Source: Eledone cirrhosa (Eukaryota). From it: 64,000 bases of DNA. The notes beneath the pieces were generated by a model, which searched no databases, was not told the origin of the DNA, and saw nothing but the letters and a program-made list of their open reading frames with translations. Of this stretch, positions 52,721 through 64,000 are shown piece after piece. Location of the stretch: contig OZ024743.1 of the NCBI GenBank assembly GCA_964016885.1, forward strand, positions 19,778,001-19,842,000. Reading direction: 5' to 3'. The translations under genes were made by a program, and so were the position numbers. How positions within the stretch are numbered: position 1 is the first letter of the stretch; the number at the start of each line of letters is the position of its first letter.

Positions 52721-53116
52721 AATAGAAAACGAAAAACAGTGATGCATCTGAACTCAATTTATTGTGTGTTACAATTGTTTCGCCGGCGGACAGCTCGAGA
52801 CGCAATCATTGTGTGGATCTGTCTGATTCTGGACCCGCAGGTTCGACGGACACGTTTAATGATTTCGGAGCATATTCTCTCACTGGTCCGAAATCATTAG
52901 ACGTGTCCGTCGAACCTGCGGGTCCAGAATCAAACAGATCCACACAATGATCGCGTCTCGAGCTGTCCACCGGCGAAACACTTGTAACACACAATAAATT
53001 GAGTTCAGATGCATCAGTGATTTTTCGTTTTCTATTCTATCATACTCTGCTCTGTAAGAGCATAGAGTGCTCAACCGGCATACCGCCTATGGAAGCATCT
53101 TAGCTACCATAAGACA
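52720..53116. mobile_element. Fold-back element, family B (younger copy): arms 52720-52869 / 52887-53037, tail 53038-53116
   Basis: Near-perfect arms of about 150 bp, seen as mirror ORFs in the track, with microsatellite flanks. Confidence 0.92.
52766..52853 (-). ncRNA. Hammerhead-like motif with non-canonical CCGUCGA core (mirror copy at 52903-52990 +)
   Basis: GUGU-CCGUCGA-long stem II-GAAA-C-AAUU-G-UA^ACAC. Confidence 0.5.
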
Positions 53117-53312
53117 CACACACATATATACATATATATATATATCCTTTGTGCCACCTCGTGTGCCAACACCTGCACCTAATATAAATTCTCTAAGGAT
53201 TTATGCAGTTTCTTTCATATTTTTGTTGAAATCACATTTCAATTAATTTGCCAATATCTATATTTCATGAGGTATAAGACATCGTTTAAGATTGCCCACT
53301 TTATAACTACAT

Positions 53313-53445
53313 AGGCGGCGAATTGACAGAGCCGTTAGAAGATTGGTTAGAATATGTTGTGATATTCGTTCTGTATTTCTGCTCTCCGAGTTCAAATCTC
53401 ACCGAGGACGACTTTGCCTTTCATCCTTTCGAGGTTGATAAAAAC
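53313..53445 (+). mobile_element. SINE copy (diverged)
   Basis: ggcggcgaattgacagag...gactttgcctttcatcctttcgaggttgataaaa. Confidence 0.75.
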
Positions 53446-53764
53446 AGATTTTCGGTCCAATGCTGGGGTTTTGTTCCTCATTTATGTATATCTCTTTCTC
53501 CCTTCCACTCTATCACTCCCTCCCCTCATTCTCTGGGGGAAATCGGCTGTATTCAGCTCTAGATAGGAATAGGCACCACCAGATTTACATTGATCATGTT
53601 TGACTACAGTGACCTTCCGACTCCACCAGGAATTATTGATCTATACAAGCATACATTCAGAGTCATAGTTATATGTCAAAATTCCAAGATGAAATGTTAT
53701 TATAATTATTCGAAGTGATAAGCTCATAGTTACAGATAAGAGATATTTTAATATTTATATTTCC

Positions 53765-54420
53765 ACAAAGTTTTGATTTGTTTGTTCTGGGGTCATTATC
53801 GTTATGCAGCTCCATGATTCTGAACGTTTTTCTGACTTCTACATTATATGATCTCATTGCCCCAACCCTACGAAAGGAAAACAAAAATCAAATACCATTT
53901 TTTAATTGTCTCGTACAAAAGGGAGGAATGTGTACTAGAACATCGTTTATCGAAAATCAGTGAGCTACACGACTCTATTTAAACTAGGACTTTAAATAAA
54001 TTCCATGCTATTTTAAAACAAAAGTTTTAAATGCTTAAAACTGGCAAATCCGATATGCATTAACTTATTAACTTACACAAAAGAAATCAATCTCCTAAGA
54101 AATATATTCTTGAATACCAAAACTACAGCCCATTATATAAAACCTACAAGTACTTGCAAGCAAATGTACTAGATATACAAATTGTTTAGGTCTAACTTTC
54201 TGCAAATGTTTGTCAAGAAAAATCCGCGAATAGCAGCAAAATTGTAGTAAAACTAACATCACATTTTACCGATTTCTTAATAACTGTAGCCCTCCATAAC
54301 CTGGTTTAAACATGGTACCTGCATCTATATCATCTCGTATATTTTTGTAAAGTCTTATAATAGAGGACTTAATACGAGATGAAACATCCAAATCAGGAAT
54401 CGATTGACATATTTTGCATG
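53765..54420 (+). pseudogene. Degenerate Penelope-like element RT (palm/thumb) remnant
   Basis: KENKNQIPFFNCLVQK followed, across frameshifts, by IVYRKS and LYLN*D, resembling the PLE motif ExENxxLPFLD..VYRKxTxTxxYLxWxS. Confidence 0.5.
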
Positions 54421-55261
54421 AGGAAGAAAATTATATACCACTGGAAAATGAAAGAAAACCACGAAACAAACAAAACATGTGAAAAAAAAGTACATATAAG
54501 GCTTGCTGAAATCAATAAGCCTAACGCTGACTCACAGTCGATAAGTCCACATTAACTGAATGATAATATAAATAACCTAAACATGTAACAGTAAGGGTGT
54601 ATGTGTTAATAGCTTAGTTTATCAGAGCATTACTAAGCGTAGTTTAGAAATAGATGTATATATTTAGGGATTATGTAAATATCAAAGAATAGCATACCTA
54701 ATCAGGAAGTTTGAATTGATAATAGTAGAGATGTAAATATTTTTGAATGTTTCATCTCTAGAGATAATGTTAAAAGTCCGAAAATTGTGATGCTATTTGA
54801 TGGACTTTAAATTATACAGCAGAGTGCAGTCTTCAAGTTAGATATTATTAAAAAAAACCAAGCTCACTATGTTACATCGTAGCTATATATAAATATATAT
54901 TTGCGTGTGCGAGTATGTGTGGAGTGAAAGAAGAAAGGGAGAGAGACACATACGGATGAAAAGGATATTTCAGTTCGGTATAGAAGGTCGGAGCAACTAT
55001 GATGCTTAATGTTATAGAATATCGTAAAAACTGAGAGAGAATCATTGCCCTTAAGGAAATTATATTATCTTTAATCTGACTTGAATTCTAAATAAGTGAA
55101 TGTATTCATATATTCATAATTTTCAATAAGACACATAAAGTTTAATTCTATAAAAAAAATAAGCAACCTTCGTAAGTTTATATTTTAATCTACGAGAAAT
55201 TCCATAAACATACTAAACACGCTGACTTTACAGTTAACGTAGAAAGAAATATATTTAGATT

Positions 55262-55295
55262 ACTAGCGGTACTGCCCGGCGTTGTCCAGATGCCC
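55262..55295 (-). mobile_element. Helitron-like 3' terminus
   Basis: Minus strand reads ctggacaacgccggg cagtaccgCTAGt. Confidence 0.4.
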
Positions 55296-56784
55296 AACAT
55301 GTGGTCATTTTGATAATGTGTTTATTATGTTTGTTTGTATTTTGCTAAATTTGAATTAATCAAACATAATATAGTGTTAAGTTTATTTTCTGAAAAGAAA
55401 AGTTTCAACGAGGCCCGCGTCCTTATTGTTAGTTTTAGGAGGAAGAAATATCCTTCCACGCTATCAAACGATGTTCATCTGAAATATAAGACTGTATAAT
55501 GTCTAGCCTTCTCAATGTTTCAATGCTCCATGCAAAGTTCCATATTTTTGACATATAGTCACACATCTACAACACGCTCTGATTAAAATATCCATTTGAA
55601 ATGGAAGAATTCTGTATAAACGTTCAGCAAAAACATTCTATAGATTTCTTTTCAAAGGAACCAGTTTAGATGCCAAGAAGACGTAAATGTTGAAGCTTCT
55701 CCAAGACGAACGAACGTAACTGGCAACTTTTTAATTTCTCTGACCGACATTGCTATAATCAGAGTAGGTGTATAGATAAGGGTCGATAAAGGTCGGGTTA
55801 AAAGTAAGGCCACTTGCTCAATGATCTTCGCTCACTAAATATAGATTTGAAACCATCATTTCTAGGATGAGCACACTCCCGTCTTCGAACACTATAACTT
55901 ATTGAATCTTTATTCAAAGTTGACTTAACTGAATGTTCTTTACTAATCACGAAGAAACAAAACAGGTTCAATGTTCACGGGTGATGGAGGTGTAATGTTC
56001 AATGAAAACCATAATTCAGTCTTTAAAGGACTGAAAGGGGAACGCAGTACACAGAGAGGACAATTGATCTCAGTTAGAAATAGGCTGAATGTTTGCTATT
56101 TAGGAAAGACCGTGTACAGGTCACAAACACTTGTATCGTATTCGTTATATATTACCGCCTCTCTGTCATTCCTTGTCTCTATCATTTCTATCTGACTACT
56201 TTTCAGCGTTTTCTTTCATTTTGTGTCAATATTCTACGTTGAAGCAACATCTATAGAGATTCCTCACAGTGAGAACGTATAGTCCCACTTTCTGAGGTAC
56301 CTTTTTTGCACCTCATTTCTCTGATTGAGATGCAGTTATGGCGCATGCAAAGACCAAAATTGTGTACTAGGTATCTAGAACATTTTCTGGCATTCACAAA
56401 GCTTTACCACACCACACGAATAACCTGCACGATTGGCCTTCCACGTTCTCCTTCTGTAGAGAACAAGTTGCTAGGAAGAATTATGAGACACTTTCGGCGT
56501 GAATGAGAATCAACCCACTGGTTTGTTCCGGATGATTTCCGAACCTCACTTCCAGAAACTCCTGGTATATTTGTGCTACGGGGATCATTGCCGCATTAAT
56601 ATATAGTCTCCAGACACAGTGGAGCAGTCTGCTAAGCCTGTCCGAATAATGACGACACCACTGGGTCTGTAGAGTTTATATATATACATATATACAGACC
56701 TCTCTCTCTCTCCTCTCTCACACTCTCTCATCCTCTCTCATCCTCTCTCTCTCTCTCTCTCACACACACATACACACACACACA

Positions 56785-56847
<63 letters not shown>

Positions 56848-56849
<2 letters not shown>

Positions 56850-56874
56850 TCGGGAATTTTACCCGCCCTGGATG
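56848..56874 (+). mobile_element. Extreme 3' fragment of about 27 bp from the RTE family at 31942
   Basis: ctcgggaattttacccgccctggat compared with ctcgggaattttacccgccttagat (reverse complement of about 31940-31965), lying inside (TA)n. Confidence 0.7.
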
Positions 56875-56917
<43 letters not shown>

Positions 56918-56919
<2 letters not shown>

Positions 56920-57113
56920 CGAAAGAGTTGTGGTAAGGAACCAGATGGACCATAACGCACAGGAGTACTCAATACTTAGGGTAGTAGAGTGGGTAATAGG
57001 AAAAAGTATGACCCCGACGGCAGAGCTCAAGCCGTTTCGACGGCTATTTCTGAACTCAAAAATAGCCGTCGAAACGGCTTCAGCTCTGCCGTCAGGCTCA
57101 TACTTTTTCCTAT
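56918..57113. mobile_element. Fold-back family C copy: arms 56996-57113, left tail; a second tail fragment at 57130-57193
   Basis: Arms of about 54 bp (ataggaaaaagtatga...tcatactttttcctat) with (TA)n flanks. Confidence 0.85.
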
Positions 57114-58184
57114 CTATATATATCATATTGGAGGCGGTAAAAATCAGTTAGACCATTACTCTCCAGAGTACTCGATACTTGGGGGTAGTAGTGTATATAT
57201 ATATGAAAAACATTTTCATATATATATATCTTATAATATTGATACTCTGTCAATATATGGTTGAAACTACATAACAGTAAAGACAAATGTGGATGTTTCA
57301 CAGAAATATGTTATGAACCAAAGGTTCTTTGTATAAGATTATACTTGTTTGTCACTCATTTGACAGCGCCCCCTAAACACAAGAAATAGTAATGATAAAC
57401 TTAGGAAAATCAACAAAAAAGGGAACAAGACAACGAACGAAAACAAGGCTAATTGAAAAACATTTTCTTTCAGGGTAAACCTTAAAAAATATTTTTTTAA
57501 AACTGAAATATACAAACGAAAGACACAGAACTCCAGTTTCATCAGCTGTTGAGGTGGACGTCGGTAGTTTCAACCCCTACCAACGGTACTGCTGTACCAC
57601 CCGGATTCGCAGCGTCTAACACAAGACAAAGCGTTGTCCTTTGGAGTACGAGACGAGCCAGAGGTGCAATAATTCACAAACAGTTGAATTCTCAACAGTT
57701 CGTCTCCAATAATAAATAATTGTTTCTACTTGTGGCACAAGCCCAGCAAATATTACTGGTACTTCATTTACTTAACTCTAAAATGCTCCAGTTTACCTAA
57801 CTGAATACATGTACATGTTAGGAACAAACCAGTGCTATTAGTAACAAAACCACTAAAAATTTAAATGAAGTTGGTTAATTTATTTTTGAGAATATAGATT
57901 TAAGATGGGAAAGACTTCAGCGGAGCATGAAATACCGCTAGATGATGGTGGTGGTGGAGGGGATTATCACCATCATGATAATCATTATCATGGGCTTTAT
58001 GATCAAGGCAATAATAACAATTCTCTCTAACCTAGGCACAAAGCAAGCAATCGTAATGGGGAAAGTCGATTATATCACCGCAACACTAAACTGGTGTTTA
58101 TTCATTAATACCGAAAGAATGAAAGGTCCATTTGACCTCGGTGGGAGTTGACTCAACAATAATAACAATAATACTAGCAGCAGC

Positions 58185-58203
58185 AGCAGTCGTCGTCGTC
58201 GTC

Positions 58204-58300
<97 letters not shown>

Positions 58301-58302
58301 TG

Positions 58303-58352
<50 letters not shown>
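58185..58352. repeat. (TAG)n microsatellite
   Basis: Long gta/tag run. Confidence 0.95.
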
Positions 58353-58353
<1 letters not shown>

Positions 58354-58394
58354 AAGAGGTTGCAAAAATCACCAAGTACTCCGAATTGAAAATA

Positions 58395-58625
58395 GAGAGG
58401 CTAATGTGAAAGTGATACCAGTTGTGATCAAACCCATTGAAATTTCAAGACTTCTAGAAACGGTTGGTTGAGAATACCATGCAAGGTTGGTGTCATGCAA
58501 ATATCAACTGCGCACATTTTAAGGAAACTATTATCTGTCTGAGATCCTTTTTGTGACTTGACAGATGACTATATACTCCAGTGCATTTTCTATCTACACT
58601 GCAGACAAAGTAATAAAAATAAATA
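58395..58625 (+). pseudogene. R4/Dong-like non-LTR retrotransposon 3' remnant
   Basis: VKVIPVVI...TAHILRKLLSV* followed by an (AAT)-rich tail. Confidence 0.55.
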
Positions 58626-61600
58626 TAATAAATAAATAATTATGTTGGAGCACATTTAATACTTTACTTTCCACTTTATGAATCATGTAAGAGTATATTC
58701 GTTTACACAAGATGTTTTCTATTCAGTTGGTACATTATTTGCTATCCCTATAATTGAAGTGTAAACTCCTGGATTATTTAACATGCAGCTTTTTATCAGC
58801 CTATCTAGGCCAAAGAGCATAGCTGATTCCACGAAAATATTAAAAGCAGCCAGTGTGTGATGAGACGAAATACAATAAATACGGCATACAATTTGTGACA
58901 ATTCGAAGAATGTGTATATCATTGAACTTAAGCCGTACTTTAGCGAGGATAGAAAGCCTGTCATCTCATACTTACAAATTATTGTCTTCTCTCAGTAGAA
59001 AAGAACGTGTTTGAAATATTTTTAGAAACTGCAATAAAGACAGATTTTCTAATAACTGTTTAAAAAACGAGGATAATATAACAATGACAATGATTTGGTA
59101 TATATATATATATATATGATGTTGCATTTCTTTAACACAACTCCGCATGTTTGTCAAGGAGGGCTCTTTGAATTGCTTTTTTTACATGACCGGTATTCAT
59201 TTTATTCAGATGAATTAAATGTTCGAACAATCTTACCGAGATTTGAACTCTGTACATAGCGTGATAAGACTAAATAATAACTGGAACTAATTTAGTCCGA
59301 CAATCCTCTACCCCTCAATATACTATCTACATTTAAATATCTTATTTTGTTTTCATTCATAACATATTTCTTATAATATATACTGCGTAATGCATTCAGG
59401 AAAATATTAAACTGTACAAGAATATGTTTACCGAAAGATTCATACAATTCGGTACCACCATCGTACTAACTGTGAAATAATTACAAAGTGCATAAATGGA
59501 GTTATTCAAAAGCTACTTGGTTTGCAATATTAACAACAAAGTAAATGTTAGGTCTTCATGCATCTAATAGATTGCATGTTCGTGATACTTTTATGATACA
59601 TTATTAATAAGTCGGAATTTAATTTAAAATTTGGTCTAAAAATAAACAAATAAAGGCGGAAAAATATTGATTATTAATACGCCTCTCTGAATATTAAAGT
59701 TATCGAAATTGTAAATTCCATCAGAAAGCATCAATAGTTTGGCATCACTTTTGTCAAACTTCTTCATAGACAGAATATTTTGAAAACTACATGCAACCAA
59801 TTCTAGATTTCATATCTTTAAAAATTATTCGAAAGGTATTTACGAATATACAACGAAAAAATATGTAAAACATGACCATAACCTGTTGAAAACCAAACAC
59901 ATGTTGTCTGCAATACAAGAAAAAAGAATAAATCGCCATAAATAAATAAAGTAAATAGAAAAAATAGTTAAAAGATGCTTTATGTGTATAATGTTATTGT
60001 ATTTTTAGGGAAGCTGTGTTTATGGAAATATCACAGAAAGCCAAAGGCTTCTTTCTGTAACTGAATTCTGCACAACATATGGTAGAAGAAATAGCATGTC
60101 TGTAACATTTAAGATAATTATATTCGAAGCAATTATTCAAGCGACTGAGATAGGTATCACAAATAGCGGATGAAAAAAGCAGAGGTATGGTTGTGGAGTA
60201 AAGGCATACAAATCTAGTCTACGTTTTCTTTTCTGTTTTCTTCATAGAAGAATTATCGAGTTTGTATGTATAAAAGAAACAAAGGTGGGGAGTTATGCTC
60301 ATCTTTCTTTTTCGTATTTTATATTTAGTTATTTACTTTTGTATCCATTAATTTATATCATTGATAATTTTTTATCAATAACTAAACCCACAAAGCCATA
60401 TCAAATAACTCACTTCAGGAACAAAATGACAATGCAAATATCTGAAAAAGGAAAGATAAATAGAAAAGTGTACAGTTTGTAGTTGCAACTTAAAAGCTTG
60501 ATTTACAGAAAAAGTTTTCGATTCAAGATGTACGTTTTAAGATATAAAAGACATGGATGACTCTATTCTGTAAATTATCATTTTTTGTTTTGTTGTTGAT
60601 TTTTATAGCTACGTAACTGACGCCAATAATATTCTGTTGTTTTATTTTGCTTTTCATGAACTCTAGAAATAATATACAAGTCACCTAGACTGAAAAGAGG
60701 TATCGATTGAATAAAACTAATTCAACTTATTAATATATTCCACTTTGATCACTCTTCGCTTGTCTAGTATATTTCAACTTTCTGCTTCTAGCTAAAGGGA
60801 AGACTGAACAACGAAAATATAAATTAAATATTGCACCAGATACTCTGCATTATGAATTCATTGTTTAGTATTAAAGCTTCCTGTCCTGGTCATTTTGTTC
60901 GCTTTTCTGTGAGATTCAAATGAGATATTTGCATGGAATTACTTCATACGTTATTTAAATAATTATATAGGAGAGATTCTGCCTGTGTAAGTTATATATT
61001 AAAGCTGATAATATATTTTAAGGACATATCTTGATTTGGTATTATATCTGCTACGATTCAATCTATATCAGTATAAATCATATAATTTTCTTCAGCCTTG
61101 AATAATAACTGTTCTATTTGCGTTTAAAATGCATTTCATACTCCTCAAAGTGTCCAAAAACTGTTTGAACCCAATACACTACACACTGAAAATATACTAG
61201 TAAATAGTTTATTCCATTATGAATAGAAGCGTTGACGAATTTCTTCTCATCACCGGCTTTGCACCGTATCACAAATCATAAATGAGTATATCTACATAGC
61301 TATAAACTAGTACAGTGCTTGTTACAATTCATTGCTCTAAGCAACACGAACATTACACTTATACTTGTACGTTTCGCTAGTTAGCAATCCAGATTTCAAG
61401 TCTTTACATGAGAATCTCTTTGCAAAGTATTGAAGCTCCCAAGCTGATTTTCATCACACACATTGCGTGAACAGCCAACGGTCAACTGGTCTACTAAAAA
61501 AAAACATCGAATATATAATTATCTTTAAGACACAATTATGATATCGAGATGCATTTTAGTAACGTTTTACTTCCATTATCCCAAATACAATTATAAAAAT

Positions 61601-64000
61601 ACCTCCAATTTAAGAAGAATTGTATACCCAATTTAATCGACCCCGATACTTGAGAGGGCGTTAGACCCAAAAGGATGAAAGGCAAAGTCAAACTTGGTGA
61701 GATGTCAAATCAAAGCGTAACAAAATATGACTAAATACTACAGGCGATTTTATCAGATGTAAATTCCTTTAATCCTTCATCTTTAATAATCCAAATGTAA
61801 TGACTAATATTAAATACATAAATCTATATATGCTATAACATTTTTCTTCAAGAAATCAGTAATTTTCAGAAATTGATGTCATACTTTTCACACTAATCAT
61901 TGAAAATGATAGCCAGTATGAGGGCTGGAACTTTCGACTCCTTCTAACATCAAACATTCACATGTTCTTAGCATATATCACTATTTAGTTTAAAGCTTAA
62001 AATTTAATGGCACGCTTGGTCTAATTTGACTTACATCACACCCAACATTATATTAACCGGAAAGTCTCCGTTTAGATAAACTACTATACAACAAGCTAAA
62101 GTATTGACCCCATTATGTCCCATGATTAAATAAAATATCCCGGATATTTGTAGATGTTGCATAGGAATGACAGGCATCTGTACTTCCCGACCATGCAGGA
62201 GCTCCAATCCATAACAGTTAGTGCATTATCATTGCAGTTTTTACTAATGCGGGGGAAGTAATTGGAGATTAAAATGAGATGATGATAAGTCTAGCCAGGA
62301 CTGATTTATAAATTACCAAGTGTCTTCACTCACACGGCTTCCTTTAGGTAAGAGGAAACATGACACTAGTACGTTTGACTGAGACGACTGGATGGAAGAA
62401 TAACAAAGAAAGCCAGGAAAGTCATACGCCAAAGCGTTAATGGCACTGCCTTCCATTCCAACGTTTGATGAACGAACGTTGATTCATTGATGAGTTATTC
62501 GCTTTTGCAGACAGCTATAGTTTTTTTCTTGTCTGCATGTCCATCCATCTTTCATCCACATGCCAGACTGAAACGTTAGAAAGGGTTTGTCAGTTTAGTC
62601 AACAGAGCTACATTACATGTAGTACTAGTTGACATGATTACCAGTAGTAGATGATTTGATCTGACCTAACATGAAAGGCTGTAGTTTATACTGTAGTTTA
62701 TACTGTAGTTTACCACGGTATATTGAAGAACAATGGAGGCCAGGCCAGTATTTGTGTCGATTCTTTATATCTCTATATCTCTCTATCTATCTATCTATCT
62801 ATCTATCTTACTCTCTCTCTCTCTCTCTCTCCCTCCCTCCCTCTCTCTCTCTCTCTCTCTCTCGCTCACTTTCTATCTATCTCACGCTCTCTCTCACTCT
62901 CTCTCTCTCTCTCACTTTATATCTATCTCACTCTCTCTCTCTCTATCTATCTATCTCTCTCTTCGCCTCATCCCCAGTGAAGAAATCGGTTGTGTTTAGA
63001 CTTGGAAAGGAGTGGACTCCTTCAGGTTTCAAGTACTCAAGACACGATGTATGTGATTATGGCCCGCGTGCGACTCAATCAAGAGTTACAGTACAATACA
63101 TATAATTTGAGTACAAAAATGTCGTTAAACATTTAATATCAACTGCAGAATTTATAAGAGTCTTCAAAACTAATGTTTCTATCTCCTCCTGTAGATACGC
63201 ATGAACTATTGTGTCCTACTTCTTACATGTACTAAGGGCGTATTCCATGCCTCCGATCGAAACCTAGGTTTTGATTTTCTGATATAAATCATTCAATCAG
63301 GCTTCTCTGTGTGTTGAACATAAATATCACAAGAACATACACACATATACATATATTGTGAGTGTGTGTATGCATGAGAGCATTGATTACATATCGCACT
63401 TCTGGTTGACTCTACATATTCGTGACCTCGTGATTCTTAATGCTGAAGTATTAATCTGCTCAAGCAAACCTCAACGGATATCAAACCATAACATAGCACT
63501 AAAAAATAAATTGAAATGGTAATAGTCCAGTTCCTTGTGTATTTTCGTTCAAATGTTTTGGAAATTTACTAAACTATACATTTTTGGAAACGTTAGGATA
63601 CAAAAGTCAATGTTGCCATTTTTTTAGGGTTCCGAACATGGCCGTCTTAGGGCTTCAAAATGGCGACCGTTTGAAATCCTAAATTTACCAATATATCCAC
63701 TTCCAAGCCTTTTACTTTCAGTGGCTAAACTTACATTTTAAGCGGCCAGAAGTCTAGAGAAATTAACTACAATCACTTACGTTTAACACGAAGAGAGATT
63801 TTTAAAATAAAAATACCAATGTTAATGACAAAACTGCAAACACCACATGCAAATATGATATTTCTTCTCTAGATCCACTCATAATCAGGATATCGAAGCA
63901 CGAGTCAAACATAATAAAAATAAATTTGTCTTCGCGTACACTTTATTTTAATACATAAAACAAATAAAAATAAATTTGTCTTCACGTACACTTTATTTTA

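Noticed and set aside
58974-59030. Possible minus-strand micro-exon (ttgcag ... gtaagt)
   Set aside because: The splice-like signals are plausible, but there is no recognisable peptide or partner exon. It needs RNA-seq.
60009-60172. Short open frame after tttttag (GSCVYGNITESQRLL...)
   Set aside because: No recognisable homology, and the length is compatible with chance.

Overview
AT-rich, microsatellite-dense eukaryotic DNA, intergenic or intronic. The SINE family and repeat landscape suggest an octopus or other cephalopod (inference). I can support no host gene, and most ORF-track entries are microsatellite artefacts. The window holds a complete but decayed CsRn1/Kabuki-type Gypsy LTR retrotransposon (19728-25642, minus strand) nested in an RTE LINE, many tRNA-type SINE copies, remnants of Tx1/L1, RTE, Vingi, CRE, R4/Dong, Penelope and mariner elements, a MITE and Helitron-like ends. 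The most striking signal is a set of about 10 non-coding fold-back (palindromic) inserts from at least 5 sequence families, almost all embedded in (TA)n runs. They share one asymmetric plan: a short arm ending at an internal TA-rich motif, and a long arm carrying a 50-120 bp tail. Several encode minimal type I hammerhead ribozymes with palindromic stem-III loops reading outward on both strands, including a U3-A8 core variant and a CCGUCGA core variant. They look like ribozyme-bearing, non-autonomous Penelope-type (retrozyme-like) hairpin retroelements. All alignments, folds and counts were done by eye.
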